A stretch of 64,000 nucleotides of DNA from Octopus sinensis (GCF_006345805.1 NC_043003.1:67394001-67458000), one strand, 5' to 3'; positions 1 to 13,428 are shown, counted from the first letter of the stretch. Notes: generated from the sequence alone by a model not told the origin. Numbers and translations: made by a program.

Positions 1-268
1 TGATGTGAAGCTAATTTCCTATCGTTTGATAAATGCAAAACCTATAGAGTCTACGTGAGAATGAAGGGAGCCACCGGCTTAATTCATATAAAAGCCAAGC
101 CATTGGAAAAAAGAAACAGTATAAAGGCCACAATAAGAGAAAGGCAGATGCAGAGGTAAATCAAAAAGTGTTATGAATTCTAATCAAAAATAAAACGAGT
201 TAATCCTTAAGACTCCCGAGTACGTTCACGTTATGGAGGAATTAGCTGCAATACTCAATGCAGTTGAA

Positions 269-316
<48 letters not shown>

Positions 317-899
317 TGTGTGTGTGTCTCTGTCTCCCTGTATATATGCATATGTTTTATTTATTAATTTATTATATGACGGAACGCACGCATCCATTTC
401 TAAGTAAGATTGTTCTTGATATTAATAATGATGCGCACTCTTGACCTTTCTGTCTCCTTCCTTTCTCAGCTTTCATTCCTTCTGGTTTCCTTTTCTTCTA
501 CTTTACTGTCTCTCTCTCTCTCTCTCATTTTTCATTCTTTCTGGATTCCTCACAACCATTCCCTTTTTTTTCTCTCCCTTTCTCTTGCTCCTCCTCCTCC
601 CTCCTGTCGTTGACCCGCGATGAGAGCTCTGCTACTGTCTTTCTGGCCTGACTTCCTTGAAGTGTGGACGGCATTTCCTGTTGCTCCTTCGCCGTTCTCA
701 GAAATAGCGTTCGTAATACTTTTTCTCGTTCGGCTTAACAGCCCTTCTTGTCTTGTTATTCTCCTTGTCCTGTCTTTTACTGTTTATATTTAAACATATT
801 TATATATATATATTTATATATATATAAAAAGGTCACGACAATGTTACATGAACGTGTGTGTGTATATATGTGCGTATACATATATACATGTCCATAATA

Positions 900-945
<46 letters not shown>

Positions 946-1039
946 TATATATATATATATGTATATATATACACATACATATATATACATATGTATACAC
1001 ATATAGATGTAGATATATATATATTTACATGTCCGTTTT

Positions 1040-1265
1040 TCTGTCCTTGTTTCGTATACATTCGATCCTTTTTTCCAAGAAATCGAATGCTCGTAGCTTA
1101 GTTTTTCCTTGGGACTGGCCGGATCGGAGCGATCTCAAGATTAATCAGCCGAAATTGCGAGGATGATCCGGTTCTTGACTGAAAATTTGAGGCTTCGAAT
1201 AACCCGTCCGTTTTTTGTGTCGTGTATTTGAGTGTTTTGCGTTCTTGTCCCATTTTGTATTTTTA
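1040..1265 (+). repeat. Unclassified interspersed repeat 3' segment flanked by (TA)n, with a structured-looking motif
   Basis: Shares ATGCTC-TAGCTTAG ... CCGAAA(C/T)TG ... TTGACTG with the minus-strand repeat at 4505-4730; both abut (TA)n tracts. Confidence 0.45.
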
Positions 1266-1317
1266 TATATATTTTATATATATTTTATATATATATATAT
1301 ATATATAATAGAGAGAT

Positions 1318-1357
<40 letters not shown>

Positions 1358-1895
1358 TGCAAATAAAAGCACACATACACATAGACATTCATATATACAT
1401 ACGTGCAACGTTGACATCAGAAATGCAGGCGTAGAGGCCTTTTTAAAATTTGTTTTGGAATAAATAATGTTTTTTCCGTATAATTATGTCCACTCATGCA
1501 GCCTGAAACATCAAGTGGTTTATTTCTCCAATTATGAATAGGAGAAACACACTTTTACTTACAAGCATCGATGTTATTAACACCAGATTTTAAAACCATT
1601 CTTTATACCCAAAATTTCGCTAACACTATCATGCCTAAAATTAATAACAACTGCATCGTCGAGGACATTACTACAGATGGAGCGTCCTAGCATTGGTTAA
1701 ATCCAGTTCCTTCCGCAAAGGAATGATTTGGATAATTAAAAACGTAAGAAAAAATACATGCATAAGTACATTCATGAATATATACATACATAAATACATA
1801 CATACTTCCGCACATGCATAAATACATCCATCCATACATACATATACACATACAAATGTCATCACGGTATCATCTACCGATGTACCTAGTACACA

Positions 1896-2479
1896 TGGAA
1901 TGTCCCAGTGAAAACCTCAATACACTGTAAACATAATAGCTCTGACATAGTAAATTGGGATAGCAAAGAGAAACTGTCTACAGTTGTGTTGTAGAAATTA
2001 GCTGCCGAGTGGATGTTGGCATAAAGCTAAATATCAGCGAAAAAGAAAATACCTGCGCTGAACTATTTAGAAATCTGTAATCATTCTATCTAGATTGCAA
2101 GTTCAGAATTATACTTCTAATAATTGGAGCACTGGAATATATAATACACTGCCTTAATACCAATCCTCAGTAATTAGATTTGTCAAAACCAAAACGGTGA
2201 AATCTGATTCGAAGACTACAGATCCAATCTATTGCTGGAATTTTAGAATTCTGTAAAACTTTCCAGAAGTTTATCATTTAGTATATATGAGCATGTCTAA
2301 ACACGCAACAATATCGATGAGAATACATACATAAAAGAAAACATACAAAACTGCATATGTACATACATATAAAAATACTCCATTGATGTTGTTGACATTT
2401 CATTGAAGGACTCTTGGATATAAGTTAGGAATCGCATCTTTCAGGAATGGCAAGACAGCTTGAAATGAAACTGAATAAC
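1896..2479 (+). mobile_element. R4/NeSL-group non-LTR retrotransposon 3' fragment (restriction-like endonuclease domain + 3' UTR), decayed
   Basis: Manual translation: WNVPVKTSIHCKHNSSDIVNWD...VEISCRVDVGIKLNISEKENT...IIGALEY...LIRRLQIQSIAGILEFCKTFQKF*. This fits the RPD..E..C..D...K and (V/I)GALG motifs of RLE domains. The 3' UTR ends in (CATA)n. Confidence 0.8.
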
Positions 2480-2519
2480 ATACATACATACAGACAGACA
2501 GACAGACAGACAAACGAAT

Positions 2520-2624
2520 ATATCCTGTTGTTGATGCTGGAATTCCAATGAAGGAACCTTGGATCTCGGTTATAAACCTATTCTTTCTCTTTTGGCAAAA
2601 AATCTTGAAATAAACTGAATAATG
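2520..2624 (+). mobile_element. Second 3' UTR copy of the same RLE-LINE family, ending in (CATA)n
   Basis: Similar to 2385-2479 and 25391-25495 (…AATGAAGGA…TTGGATCT…GGCAAGAAATCTTGAAAT…ACTGAATAATGA(CATA)n). Confidence 0.7.
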
Positions 2625-2670
2625 ACATACATACATACATACATACATACATACATACATACATACATGT

Positions 2671-3095
2671 ATTATTGAGGTCAGCTGCGCAGCAGATGTG
2701 AATGCACAGCGAAACATCCAAGAACAAGAGAAAATTCATGGCGAATCAATATGGAAGTTGCAGCGTTCATACCCTGATTATGAATGCTCATATGTACTTA
2801 TCATCATAAGCACAAGCACCAATAAATACTTGGTTTCACTGAGAAAGAACAAAAGAATATGTTGCGATTTCCAAACCCTGTCTGTTAGTAGCACAATGAA
2901 ACTTTTTAAGACAACGAAAGCATTGTCCATTTGAGATTTTTAGGTGAATAGATGCACACTCTTGAAGATATGCATCGATAGTTCAACAAATACGCCAACT
3001 CGGCCACAATTGGCAAATTGAGAACTCGTTTAACTCAAAAATCCTTGCGACAAGCTTCAACTCTCTAATGTACAACTTAAATAAATCTCAAAGCA
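2671..3095 (+). mobile_element. Related RLE-LINE 3' fragment
   Basis: Translation IIEVSCAADVNAQRNIQEQEKIHGESIWKLQRSYPDYE...FQTLSVSSTMKLFKT parallels the fragment at 1896-2281. Confidence 0.65.
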
Positions 3096-3306
3096 ACATC
3101 ATACTTACATACATACACACGCGTACAAACATACATACATACACAAATATATACATACACACATACATATGTACATACAAACATACACAAATGCATATAT
3201 ACATACATAAAACATACATACAGACATACATATATACATATGTACGTTCACACATACGTGTATGGTTATATGTATATATGTGTATATCCTTCCTACAATA
3301 TCTATG

Positions 3307-3518
3307 TGGTATAAGCAAACCCCAGAAGGTGTCACCGAAAATGAGAAGAGAAAAATCCTGTGGAATGTAATGATCCAGTGCGATCACCCGACCAGACATA
3401 GGAAACCGGAAAAAATATTGTGGTGAATAAATAAGAAAGAACACGTATGATAATCTATGTAGCATGACGCGGTGACAGCAGGATCAATATGAAAGAAAAA
3501 GGGAATATAAACAGGTAT
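3307..3518 (+). mobile_element. R4/Dong-type LINE fragment (RLE domain)
   Basis: Translation WYKQTPEGVTENEKRKILWNVMIQCDHPTRHRKPE..VVNK*ERT.MII.VA..GDSRINMKEK fits the R4/Dong WYEHxPE-ILWD-IQxD-RPD-IIDVAxPGD pattern. Confidence 0.8.
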
Positions 3519-3642
3519 GCTCATGCGAACGTTCGTTACACGCACATATGTATAATGTATACAATCTATACATGTATAGCATATATATTAATACATATGG
3601 ATATATACAGATACACACACATATATATATAGATAGATACAA

Positions 3643-3693
<51 letters not shown>

Positions 3694-3706
3694 CTGTGTG
3701 TCTGTG

Positions 3707-4089
3707 TGGAGAATATACCACCAACATTGTCCAAACGACCTTCAAGGTTCATCCAAGGCTGGGACCACGGGCCATACATCCCATGCCTAATTCAGAATCA
3801 CAGCATATAGGTACATTGCAACACAACTTCTTTTCCTCAACAGGCCCTGCCCTGTTTAACATTGTTCCAACATTTATCAAAGAGAGAAAGGATCCCTTCA
3901 CCTTTAAACGGAGTCTGAACAAATTTCTTCAAAGAATACCAGATAATCCACCCATACATGGATACACCTTACTACTTGAATGGGCCAAGATACCACAAAA
4001 CTTCACTTAAAACGGATTGAGATAGTCCTGGCAGGTGGTGCTATAGAGTCAGACATGGCCTGGACAAGTCTTTGGGCGAAACATAAGTT

Positions 4090-4090
<1 letters not shown>
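3707..4090 (+). mobile_element. CR1/L2-clade LINE 3' end (ORF2 C-terminus + 3' UTR)
   Basis: ORF 3672-4010 ends ...HPRLG...FFSSTGPALFNIVPTFIKERKDPFTFKRSLNKFLQRIPDNPPIHGY, typical of the post-RT C-terminus of CR1-like ORF2. A short UTR and (TA)n follow. Confidence 0.75.
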
Positions 4091-4134
<44 letters not shown>

Positions 4135-4413
4135 TATAATATATATATATATATAATATATATATATATATGTATATATATGTCACGTTTATCAAATTAT
4201 GTTGCGAGATTCCTGATGTGAAATCGTGTTGTAATATTGTTGTAATTCGGGATTGTCATTCTTTTTTTTTTGTGGGGAGGACAGGCAAATAAAGAACACA
4301 CTATATATGGGTCTTCACTCGTTTTATTTCAATAAGAACAGTAATAAACGAGTGAAGAACAAATATATAGTGCGTGTGTTTATTTGTCAAAACAATCGTC
4401 ATTCCTAAATACA

Positions 4414-4493
<80 letters not shown>

Positions 4494-4504
4494 ATGTATA
4501 TATA

Positions 4505-5100
4505 TATTTATAATAGAACAAAAACGCAATAGAGGACAATAACACATTTCGCCAGATAGACGATACAAAGTCGGACAGGAGAAACAACAATTAGAAGGAC
4601 AGGCAAAAAAAGGCTTTTTTCCCCAGTCAAGTTACTAGAAGTCTTTACAGTTTCGGGCACTGATACTTAAGACAATCTGGTCAACCCCCCACCCCCCAAA
4701 GTCTAAGCTAAGAGCATTAGACCCATTTATAAGAAAGCAATAAATGTGTACGGCAACAAAGACAAAAGACAGAGAACATGGTACACAATTACAAATACAA
4801 ACAACAAGAAAATGACAACAGGTGTCTTTCGACTGAGAAAGAATCAAATTGGGCTGGCGTCTATGAAGTGAAATCATAAAGGCAAGAACACAGGAGATGG
4901 ACATAAGACGTGTTGGCAGTTGGCAGTCAGGCCAAAATCATGGCTAGCCGGACACCGGTCACATGGAAGGAGGAGAGAGGGGTAGGGGGCAGGGAGCAGC
5001 GCGATTGAAGGATTAGAAAAAATCAAAGGGTAAGGTACAGGGGAGATAAATGAGGGAGAAAAAGTGGAAGTTAAAGTGAGAGCCAAGAAATGTGAGTGAG
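4505..5100 (-). repeat. Unclassified TA-associated interspersed repeat; its terminal ~85 bp recur at 5270-5355
   Basis: AACAAAAACGCAATA…GGACAATAA…GACGATACAAAG.CGGACAGGAGAAACAACAA occurs at 4517-4590 and 5281-5354, each next to a (TA)n tract. Confidence 0.5.
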
Positions 5101-5357
5101 AGAGGGGGAGCGAGAAAAAGAAAAGAGAAAGTATGTATGAGGGGGACTAAGAGATAGAGTAAGAGTCGTACAAAATTTAGATACATACCTACTATAAGGT
5201 GAGCACAAGGGTGTTCCTACGTCGCTATATATATATATATATAATATATATATTATATATATATAAATATAAAATATTTAACAAAAACGCAATAAAGGAC
5301 AATAAAACATTCAGACAGACAGACGATACAAAGGCGGACAGGAGAAACAACAAATAC

Positions 5358-5499
5358 GGCGGCGAGCTGGCAGAAACGTTAGCACCCCGGGCAACTTTAC
5401 CTTTCATCATTTCGGGGTCGGTAAATTAAGTACCAGTTGCGTACTCGGGTCTATCTAATCTACTAAAATTTCGGGTCTTTTGCCTAGAGTAGAAAAGAG
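5358..5499 (+). mobile_element. tRNA-derived SINE, family B (internally deleted)
   Basis: GGCGGCGAGCTGGCAGAAACGTTAGCAC head plus CCTTTCATC..TTCGGGGTCG.TAAATTAAGTACCAG core, which resembles the Meta/MESC-type SINE domain (recalled). Confidence 0.75.
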
Positions 5500-7591
5500 T
5501 ATATATATTATTCAAAACAGTTTAATTCGATGCCACGCAGCCTAAATCTCCATAGGCTCTTCAGAGGAACCTAGCTCCTTAAATAAAGTATAAAATTTGT
5601 TTTCCGCTGTATATGCTCATAAGTCTGGCTTCTCGGATTCTCTGACTTGTAAATTCTCTACGTAGGTAGAACTCCTGTCAGTGGATTACTCTTTTTTGGT
5701 GGTTGTAGTGGTGGTGGTGGGCAGCTAGATGGACTAGAGCAGAATAAGCGTTTTGTTGAATATCGTAACCCATCTCTCAGTATAGGGAGCGAGACTACAA
5801 TTTTATACAAACATGAATGCTGTTTCAGCAGTGATTATGTTGTGTAAAAGACACGAACGAGGCCAATGTTTTCCCGACTTGCAGTAGTTCAGAAACCAGA
5901 TTATTGGTTGTATGCCTGTTTTTCAAATTATCTTACATAAACTCATACTTATATTAAATATACAAATATTGTTTCTGCAAGTATAACAGAGATGGAATAA
6001 GAAACAGGTAGGTGTCTAGCAGAGCTGTCGCAAATTGTAACCAAATCTCCCACAAAGCTCTCAGAGGGGGATGGGAGTGAACCATTGAACAATGTAGATG
6101 TCTATGAGCAAAAATATAATATAGCTCTAGCTGGAATACCTTTGACTGCATATTGGTCCGATAATGTCAGACACACGGTTAAACGAACCAGTGACAGAGA
6201 GGTTTACAAGTTAACCACTAACCTCACTGAAATTGCTCAACTTCAAGTAAAACAAATGAAAATACTACAAAGTATGTGTGTCTTTTTTTGTTTTTGCAGT
6301 TTAGAAATAAAAGAATAACACGGACCGTATTGTAATCGTACACCTAAAACTAGGGAGTCATACCTGGTACTCATTTAAGTAAATGAAATACTTGATGAAG
6401 TTTGACCGAGGGGGGGGGCAATAACAAAAACAATAACAAGAGTATCGGTAATAACAGCAGAAGCAACAACAGCTACAACGAGGAAAACAAAGAGAACAGC
6501 ATCTGAAAGTACCCAAAATTGTAGGATAAAAATATGTTTGTATTTCTGTTCCTCTCTACCTTAGACAATTAGATTTGTAGCTGAAAAGAGAATTCATTTC
6601 ACATGAGATAGAAAGACGGAACCAGAATGATAGTGTCGTACTAATTATAACATAATATTCTGTTGCAGTAATTATTGATTTTTATGCCATTGAGATCGAG
6701 TCCTATTAGAATATTTAGTTAGAACGGCTCCGAAAGTAAAGTGCTGTATTGTTAGCGCTTCCACAATGGGTCAGTCCCCCTTGAATTCAGTAAGAATGGT
6801 ATGAATATTCGCCGGTAAAAACAATGCAAACGAGGGAACGTTTTGTTGCTTTGTGTCCGCAAATATCAATACGATCACTACAAACAAATTCTATGCCCTC
6901 AGGATGAAGGGAATTCAAAATGCTATGGTTGCTAGAAGGCGTCAAATTTCTCCCAGTAGTAGTTTCTGTTCAAAGCTGTGGGAATTTGTGCTTGGGTAAA
7001 GGACCATGAGATCGACACTAGCTGAGTTTCAAGGATATCTGCAAAAGAGATTTAGCGTAACTGAACAACTTCGAAATTGTTGGAGCACATTACAATTAAA
7101 CTGCTCATGCTTTTACTGGAACTAGGAAAGTGGAGACATCGAGCCATTGTATGGAAAGAAAAATGTACGGATTTCAAATTGTTCTACAGGAGAAGCTCTT
7201 TTAAGTACCTATTGTATTACAAAACTGTTGTTGGTTACGGTGATAACTACAAACTATTTTAACCAAGGCAGAGTAATGGGAATATCATGTCTTCACTTCG
7301 ACGTCTTCTATGATGATACTGGAATATTGATAGAACGTTTCAAGTGAAAACATTTGACAAGAGTGCAAGTGTGTTGAAAATGATATCCAGCAATGACTTT
7401 ATTTGAGATCGAACAAGTGGTACCTTGGTCTGGAGAATATGGCTAAGCCAATAGATTTTGTGGAGACGCCATGATCCGTGACATCAACTGTAGTTAATAT
7501 TTCATGATTGCAAGTAGTATATAATAATAAGGGAAAAGTTCGTATGATGTATATAAAATATGTTTGATGTGTGAGATATATCATATACGTA

Positions 7592-7808
7592 CGAGCTAGC
7601 AGAAAGCGTAGCACGCCGGGCAGGATGTTTAGTCGCACTTTGTTCGTCTGGTCTGTATGTTCTGAGTTCAAATTCTGCCGAGGTCAATTTTGTTTTTCAT
7701 CTTTTTAGGGCCAATAAAATAAGTACGAGTTTGAGCACTGGGGTCAATGTGATAGCTTTACACTTCCTCGAATTGGCTGGTTTTGAGCAAAAGTTTGAAA
7801 CCAATAAG
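7592..7808 (+). mobile_element. tRNA-derived SINE, family B
   Basis: CGAGCTAGCAGAAAGCGTAGCACGCCGGG…GTTCTGAGTTCAAATTCTGCCGAGGTC…; matches the other family B copies. Confidence 0.75.
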
Positions 7809-9730
7809 ACACCTTGTTAGTAAACTCATTAAATAATCACAGAAGATGCTTAGCAGCATTTATTATGTTGCTTTACATTCCACCGATGTTAACCTTGCCT
7901 TTCATTCCTTTCATATCAGCCAATACCTCTGTCGATGTACATTAATCTTATGGCATATCGCGGTTCACCTATCGCCGTTTATTATTTAAGCTTATGTCGA
8001 TTCCTCCGTAATATTGTTTTGAATTTGAAATAATATATATACATATGATATATATATATATATACACAGTGCAGTACGGTACTGTTTCTAATTCGCGGAG
8101 TATCACCTATCGTGTGGGGTTTGGGAACGAAACGTGACAGTCGTGGGATTACTGTTGTCGACTTGATTCCTTTGCTTCCCTCAAAACAGCGGGCATTGAT
8201 CCCTGCAGGGGACCGGCGCTTCTCTTAGAGGAATATTTACATCTCAATCACATAAACGTCGGGGAAACCTGGAAACCAGCCTTCTGAGACCAGGGGGTTA
8301 CGAGCAAAATTCGACTAAGGAAAATGACGGACATAGTTGGGTAAATATTTCCAACATTTTGTCACAACTTCCAACATTCGGTTCCCTTCCATAATAGGAA
8401 GCTAAAGCCATAACATTAGAAGTTATGAGTTTTAAAATCAATAACGTCTGTCCTTGTAAGATTTTTGAGATGCCGGTTAAAATAATACTCATACGTGTGT
8501 ATGTGCGTGATGCGCCTCTGCTTATATATGCGTATCCATGTGTGTACGTTTTACTTACTTGCTTGAAGGACACAAGAGAACACACCTTTTTATGCACAGC
8601 TACACATACCATACATGCCTATGTCCACAGAAGCTTTTTCCCTATATCTCACCTGCTTCTCTTTCTCGCTATCACACACACCACACACTCATAAACACAC
8701 ACATGCACACGCATACAAATATCCAAGGCCTTATCGCATAGCGGTATGGTTCAGAATTTCTCTTCAAAAACAAACGATCTTGAATTTAGGACTCCATTCG
8801 GCAATTTCCTTTTCTCCTGACCCACTATCGAGCAATGTTTTGCGTCTGAAATTGAAGAAGCCCTTCGTACACATAAACACACACATAGCTATGCATAAAT
8901 ACACACACACATGCAAACAGACGCGCTACTGTTTGTCTCTCACCGCTTGAGTATCGATGTTGCTTTCTTTACATGTCCGGAAATTAGAGTTTCAACGAAT
9001 AGAAAGCCATGGAATAAGATCCAGCGAGATGTCCGGGGAAGGGAGAGGAGGGTACACTAAATCCTTCGCAGCGGTTATATATAGTAGCTGTAGTCTAAGG
9101 ACCAAAAGAAAGAAAGAATGAAAGAAAGAAAAAGAGAAAAAAGAAAAAAAGAAAGAAAGAAAGCGGTGATATGTATATTTCTAATAATGAGGAATGGCTT
9201 TTCACTTCATCACGTGAAACAGAGTAAAAGCAGAGGATGTGCTCCTAAGTGAAACGCAAGTTTATTACGGTGTTAACTGCTTCTGGTAGACATTTTTTTT
9301 TTACATTAATCGTCGACGATTCAGATGATAGCTTAACTGAATAATTTGCCTCTAATCTAAAGCATAAGTGGTTGAATATTCAACAGGCAAACATGCTTAT
9401 GCAAATTACAATTATATATGCGAAGGGGGAAAAAAACATAACGAAGGGAACGAACACTTCGTCAACTCTAAACGTAAATTAACATCTGTTTTCAACAACA
9501 TGACAGAAACGGTTAGCCCTAAAAGATATTTTATGAAATTTTTATCACTGTCTCTCTCTTTTTCTCTCTCACTCCTATCTATCTATTATCTATCTATGTA
9601 TATATATATGTGTATATATACATATATATCTGTGTGTGTTATGTATATATTAAACACACGCACGTACACACATACACAACACACATATATATATATTACA
9701 TAACCCGTATATATATATATATATATATAT

Positions 9731-9779
<49 letters not shown>

Positions 9780-9821
9780 GACAGACATACCACCTAGATA
9801 GATTGAAGAGAGATAGATATA

Positions 9822-9988
9822 GGCGCAGGAGTGGCTCTACAGTAAGTAACTTGCTTACAAACACATGGTTCTAGGTTGATTCCCACTACGTGGAACCTTG
9901 CGCAAGTGTCTTCTGGTATAGCCTCGGGACGAACAAAGACTTGTGAGTGGATTTGGTAGAGGAAAACTGATATAAGCCTATCGTATAG

Positions 9989-10049
<61 letters not shown>

Positions 10050-10226
10050 TGTTCCCCCCCCTCCGACCATCACTTGACAACTGATACTGGTGTGTTTACG
10101 ACCCCGTAACTTACCGGTTTTGCAAAATAAGCCTGTAGAAGAGGTGCTAAGTTTACAAAGAATACATTTTGGAATAGATTTGTTCGACTACAGGCGCTGC
10201 AGTCAAGTGACTGAAAAGACATAAAA
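9822..10226 (+). mobile_element. tRNA-derived SINE, family A (central TA/TG microsatellite)
   Basis: GGCGCAGGAGTGGC head with A/B-box-like motifs, GCAAGTGTCTTC…GTGAGTGGATTTGGTAGA core, internal (TA)n(TG)n and a GACTGAAA tail; multiple copies in the window. Confidence 0.85.
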
Positions 10227-10693
10227 CACTATAGATAGATACATACATACATACAAACATACAGACAGACAGAATCAGACGTATACGTATACACATATAT
10301 ATGAATAGATAGATACATATATACTGACAGACAGGCGCGCGTGTGTGTGTACTTGTATGTGTGGGAGGTATATCTGAGAGCGTTTTTTTTGTGTATAATT
10401 AAATATTTAGAGATGCCGAAATGTTTCAGTACATTAGTATCTTCCAAACTTACCTCTAGGGAAAAAATATATATGAATGTATTGAAGCACTTGTTCAACT
10501 AATTGTAAAGTATTTAATTATTAATAAACAAATTTAAACTCAGTATGGGTAAATAGAAGGCTGCTAATTTGCTCGTACTATAGACTCCTCGAAATCATCT
10601 TAACCAGTATAGACACACACATATATACATGCATAAATACATATATTCATACATGCAAACATACATATAAATATATATACACACACATACATG

Positions 10694-10768
<75 letters not shown>

Positions 10769-12336
10769 TGTGTATATATATATATATATGTATATGTATA
10801 TCTTCTTTTGGTGCATAAAAGCACTCATGCTTATGACGCTAGTGGGAGATAATCTTCCGCCATTGCTACTGCGACTACTAGATCAATTATTTCTGCCTTC
10901 TTTGGCCTTGCCAGTGCTAGATTCCCGTACGTTAGAGGTAGCAGTGACTTCTCAACAAGCAATATACATAGAATCTCAGCCCTTTTTAGATACTGGTGTC
11001 GCCAGTTCCCACTGGCCTTTGCACCTCTTAAGGTGCTCGACTTCAAACCTGACAATTTTCTCTTCTAAAATTCTTGTAACATCTGCAGTGTGTTCTGTTT
11101 GTCCAATGCCGGACTTACGAAATTGCATTTACTACTTGGAGATTTCAAGAGGTGGAGAGATTGCTTTCTTCTTTAAACATATGACAATAATCATATAAGA
11201 AATTACAAGATTATTATTTATTCGTGCGTATGTAGAAATTATCTGCAAGTTCTGCATTGGATGTTTCTAGTGCAATTGGATGCTGGACCACCACAGATCA
11301 TAAGGGGTACAGTTTATTGTATTATGCTGCGAAGATCTAATGCCTTAACAGTATTAATCATACATCTAAGAGTATGCACAAGGTTTACTATTTATCTGTG
11401 TGTGCGCCCGCGTATTTGTATGAAGTTTGTAAGTGTGTGTGTGTCTGTATGCATGAGTTTGTATGTGTGTGCGTTTTTGCGTTTACGCGTTTATGTATGC
11501 ATTATGTATGTCTTCTTTATGTATGCATATATGTATATAGATATCTGTGCAGCTGTACGGTCTGCTTTATCTCATTTCATTCGTTCAAATTCCAATTAGC
11601 AGGCATCAGCATTCCGATTCTATAGAAGAAGTCACTCATCAAATGCGCCACGCAGAGTGATCACCATTCAAGAACAATGTGGTTGGGAAGTGAGAGTGTG
11701 AACCCCATTGTAAAGACTGTTCCTCTCCTTACCTTATTGACATAAAAGTTGCGAAGGTAAATCCAAACAGCTATTGTTTGGCAGCGCGTAAATGCTATTA
11801 AATAATTAATTTCTCAATTTCCTAATTTCCAACTAATTGATTTCATGATAATTTCTTAATAACGCTAATTTCTGAAGGATGGTGAATTGGACGAATCATT
11901 ACACTGTCATGATGTGTTCGAATATCATTTCGTCGCCTTTCATCCTTTCCCTAATCGATCAAGTTTCACACCATCATCTACCGCTGACGACAACAGAGAA
12001 TACTTCCCCCTCGAAATATTTTGATTTTAAAAAAATGTAGAGATTAAGGATATCTAGATAAGTACAGGATAATTAATAGGTATATATCTATGGAAGGATG
12101 CAATGTGTGACTGAAGATAGATAAATATAGTCTACAGATCCAGTTGGCTCAGCAAGGTATTAGAAACGTTATGTAGCTTGCAACAAAATCATGAACTTAC
12201 AGAAATCATAACACAAAGCATATTTACAAATTTCGTTAAAGCAGACGAATACATGACGTCGGTTGGCTTGGTAGCAATAAAAAATAGAAACCCTTCTATA
12301 TTTATTAATTGACAATAATAAATGTAGCAAATATTG

Positions 12337-12368
<32 letters not shown>

Positions 12369-12636
12369 AAGTGTCAGAGAGAGTGAGACAATCAGAAAAA
12401 GATAGTTCGTGTCTGTATTACAGGGGGAAAGAGAAAATCAAACAGAATTTTATTGAACGCATGTGCACAAGTTCACACCAGTGTGTCCAGATATGCTGTT
12501 TATTATTCAGCAAGCATATGTGAGACCTCTTAGAAATCGCAACCAATTTCTTCGAGTGAAATGATATTTTATTCAATATTCAATATTTGACATAAGCAGA
12601 TGAAAACATTTGGCGGGAGCGTTTATCATCACTTAA

Positions 12637-12855
12637 CACTTTAGCATTTAAACCGAACATATCTGGTCAAAATATTGAATTTGTTTCCTGCTCAAACTGG
12701 CCAGATCCAGCCTTTCATACCTACACTACAATATCCTTTTAAAAATTAACAGTTATCTCATTGAAACCTCAAATCTACCAGATATACATGATAAATACAA
12801 AATAATATGAATACTTAAGCATTACGTTTGGCAGAGTAATCTGAATTCTAGAGGG
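12637..12855. mobile_element. piggyBac-like non-autonomous element (MITE)
   Basis: TTAA|CACTTTAGCATT … AATTCTAGAGGG|TTAA: degenerate CCC…GGG TIRs with a TTAA duplication at 12633-12636 and 12856-12859. Confidence 0.65.
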
Positions 12856-13204
12856 TTAAACCGAGCTTAATAAATTTCTGATAATTTATTCTGTCCGCTT
12901 TCGAAAAGCCGAGATTAAAACTAATCGTCAAGCGTGGGATGAAAGCGCGGTTCACTGAAACCGCAGTATAATTAATTACGGTAATTTCCAATGTTTTCAC
13001 AAATCTGTTAATCCATAATTGTTTGTAACATAGGCAGATGAACAGAAATTTGAAGGTCGAGCACGAAATATTTGTCTCATATTATATTTGCCTATCGACC
13101 CTAATATCCAACGCAGAATATTAAGAACTTGAACAAACGTTGCACGAATTTTTTTCCGATTTGCTAACGATCCCGCTGATTCAACAACCTCGCCGATTCA
13201 CCAA

Positions 13205-13428
13205 TAATCTTTCGACTATAGAGACGAGTCCTGGAATTTTAGGGGTGGAGGTTGGTGGGTGTTGCTAGCTGATTTCATGGACCTCAGTACACAACTGGTC
13301 CTAATTCCATGAAACCCGAATGGGGAGGAAAAGTAAAGCCAACATCGGCGGAATTTGAACTCAGAACGTGAAGACGTACAAAATGCCACTTTTGTCCAGC
13401 ATACTAACGTGTCTTCTAGCTCGTCCCG
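13205..13428 (-). mobile_element. tRNA-derived SINE, family B
   Basis: CGGCGGAATTTGAACTCAGAACGT…CTAACG…CTAGCTCGTC is the reverse complement of the family B head. Confidence 0.7.
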
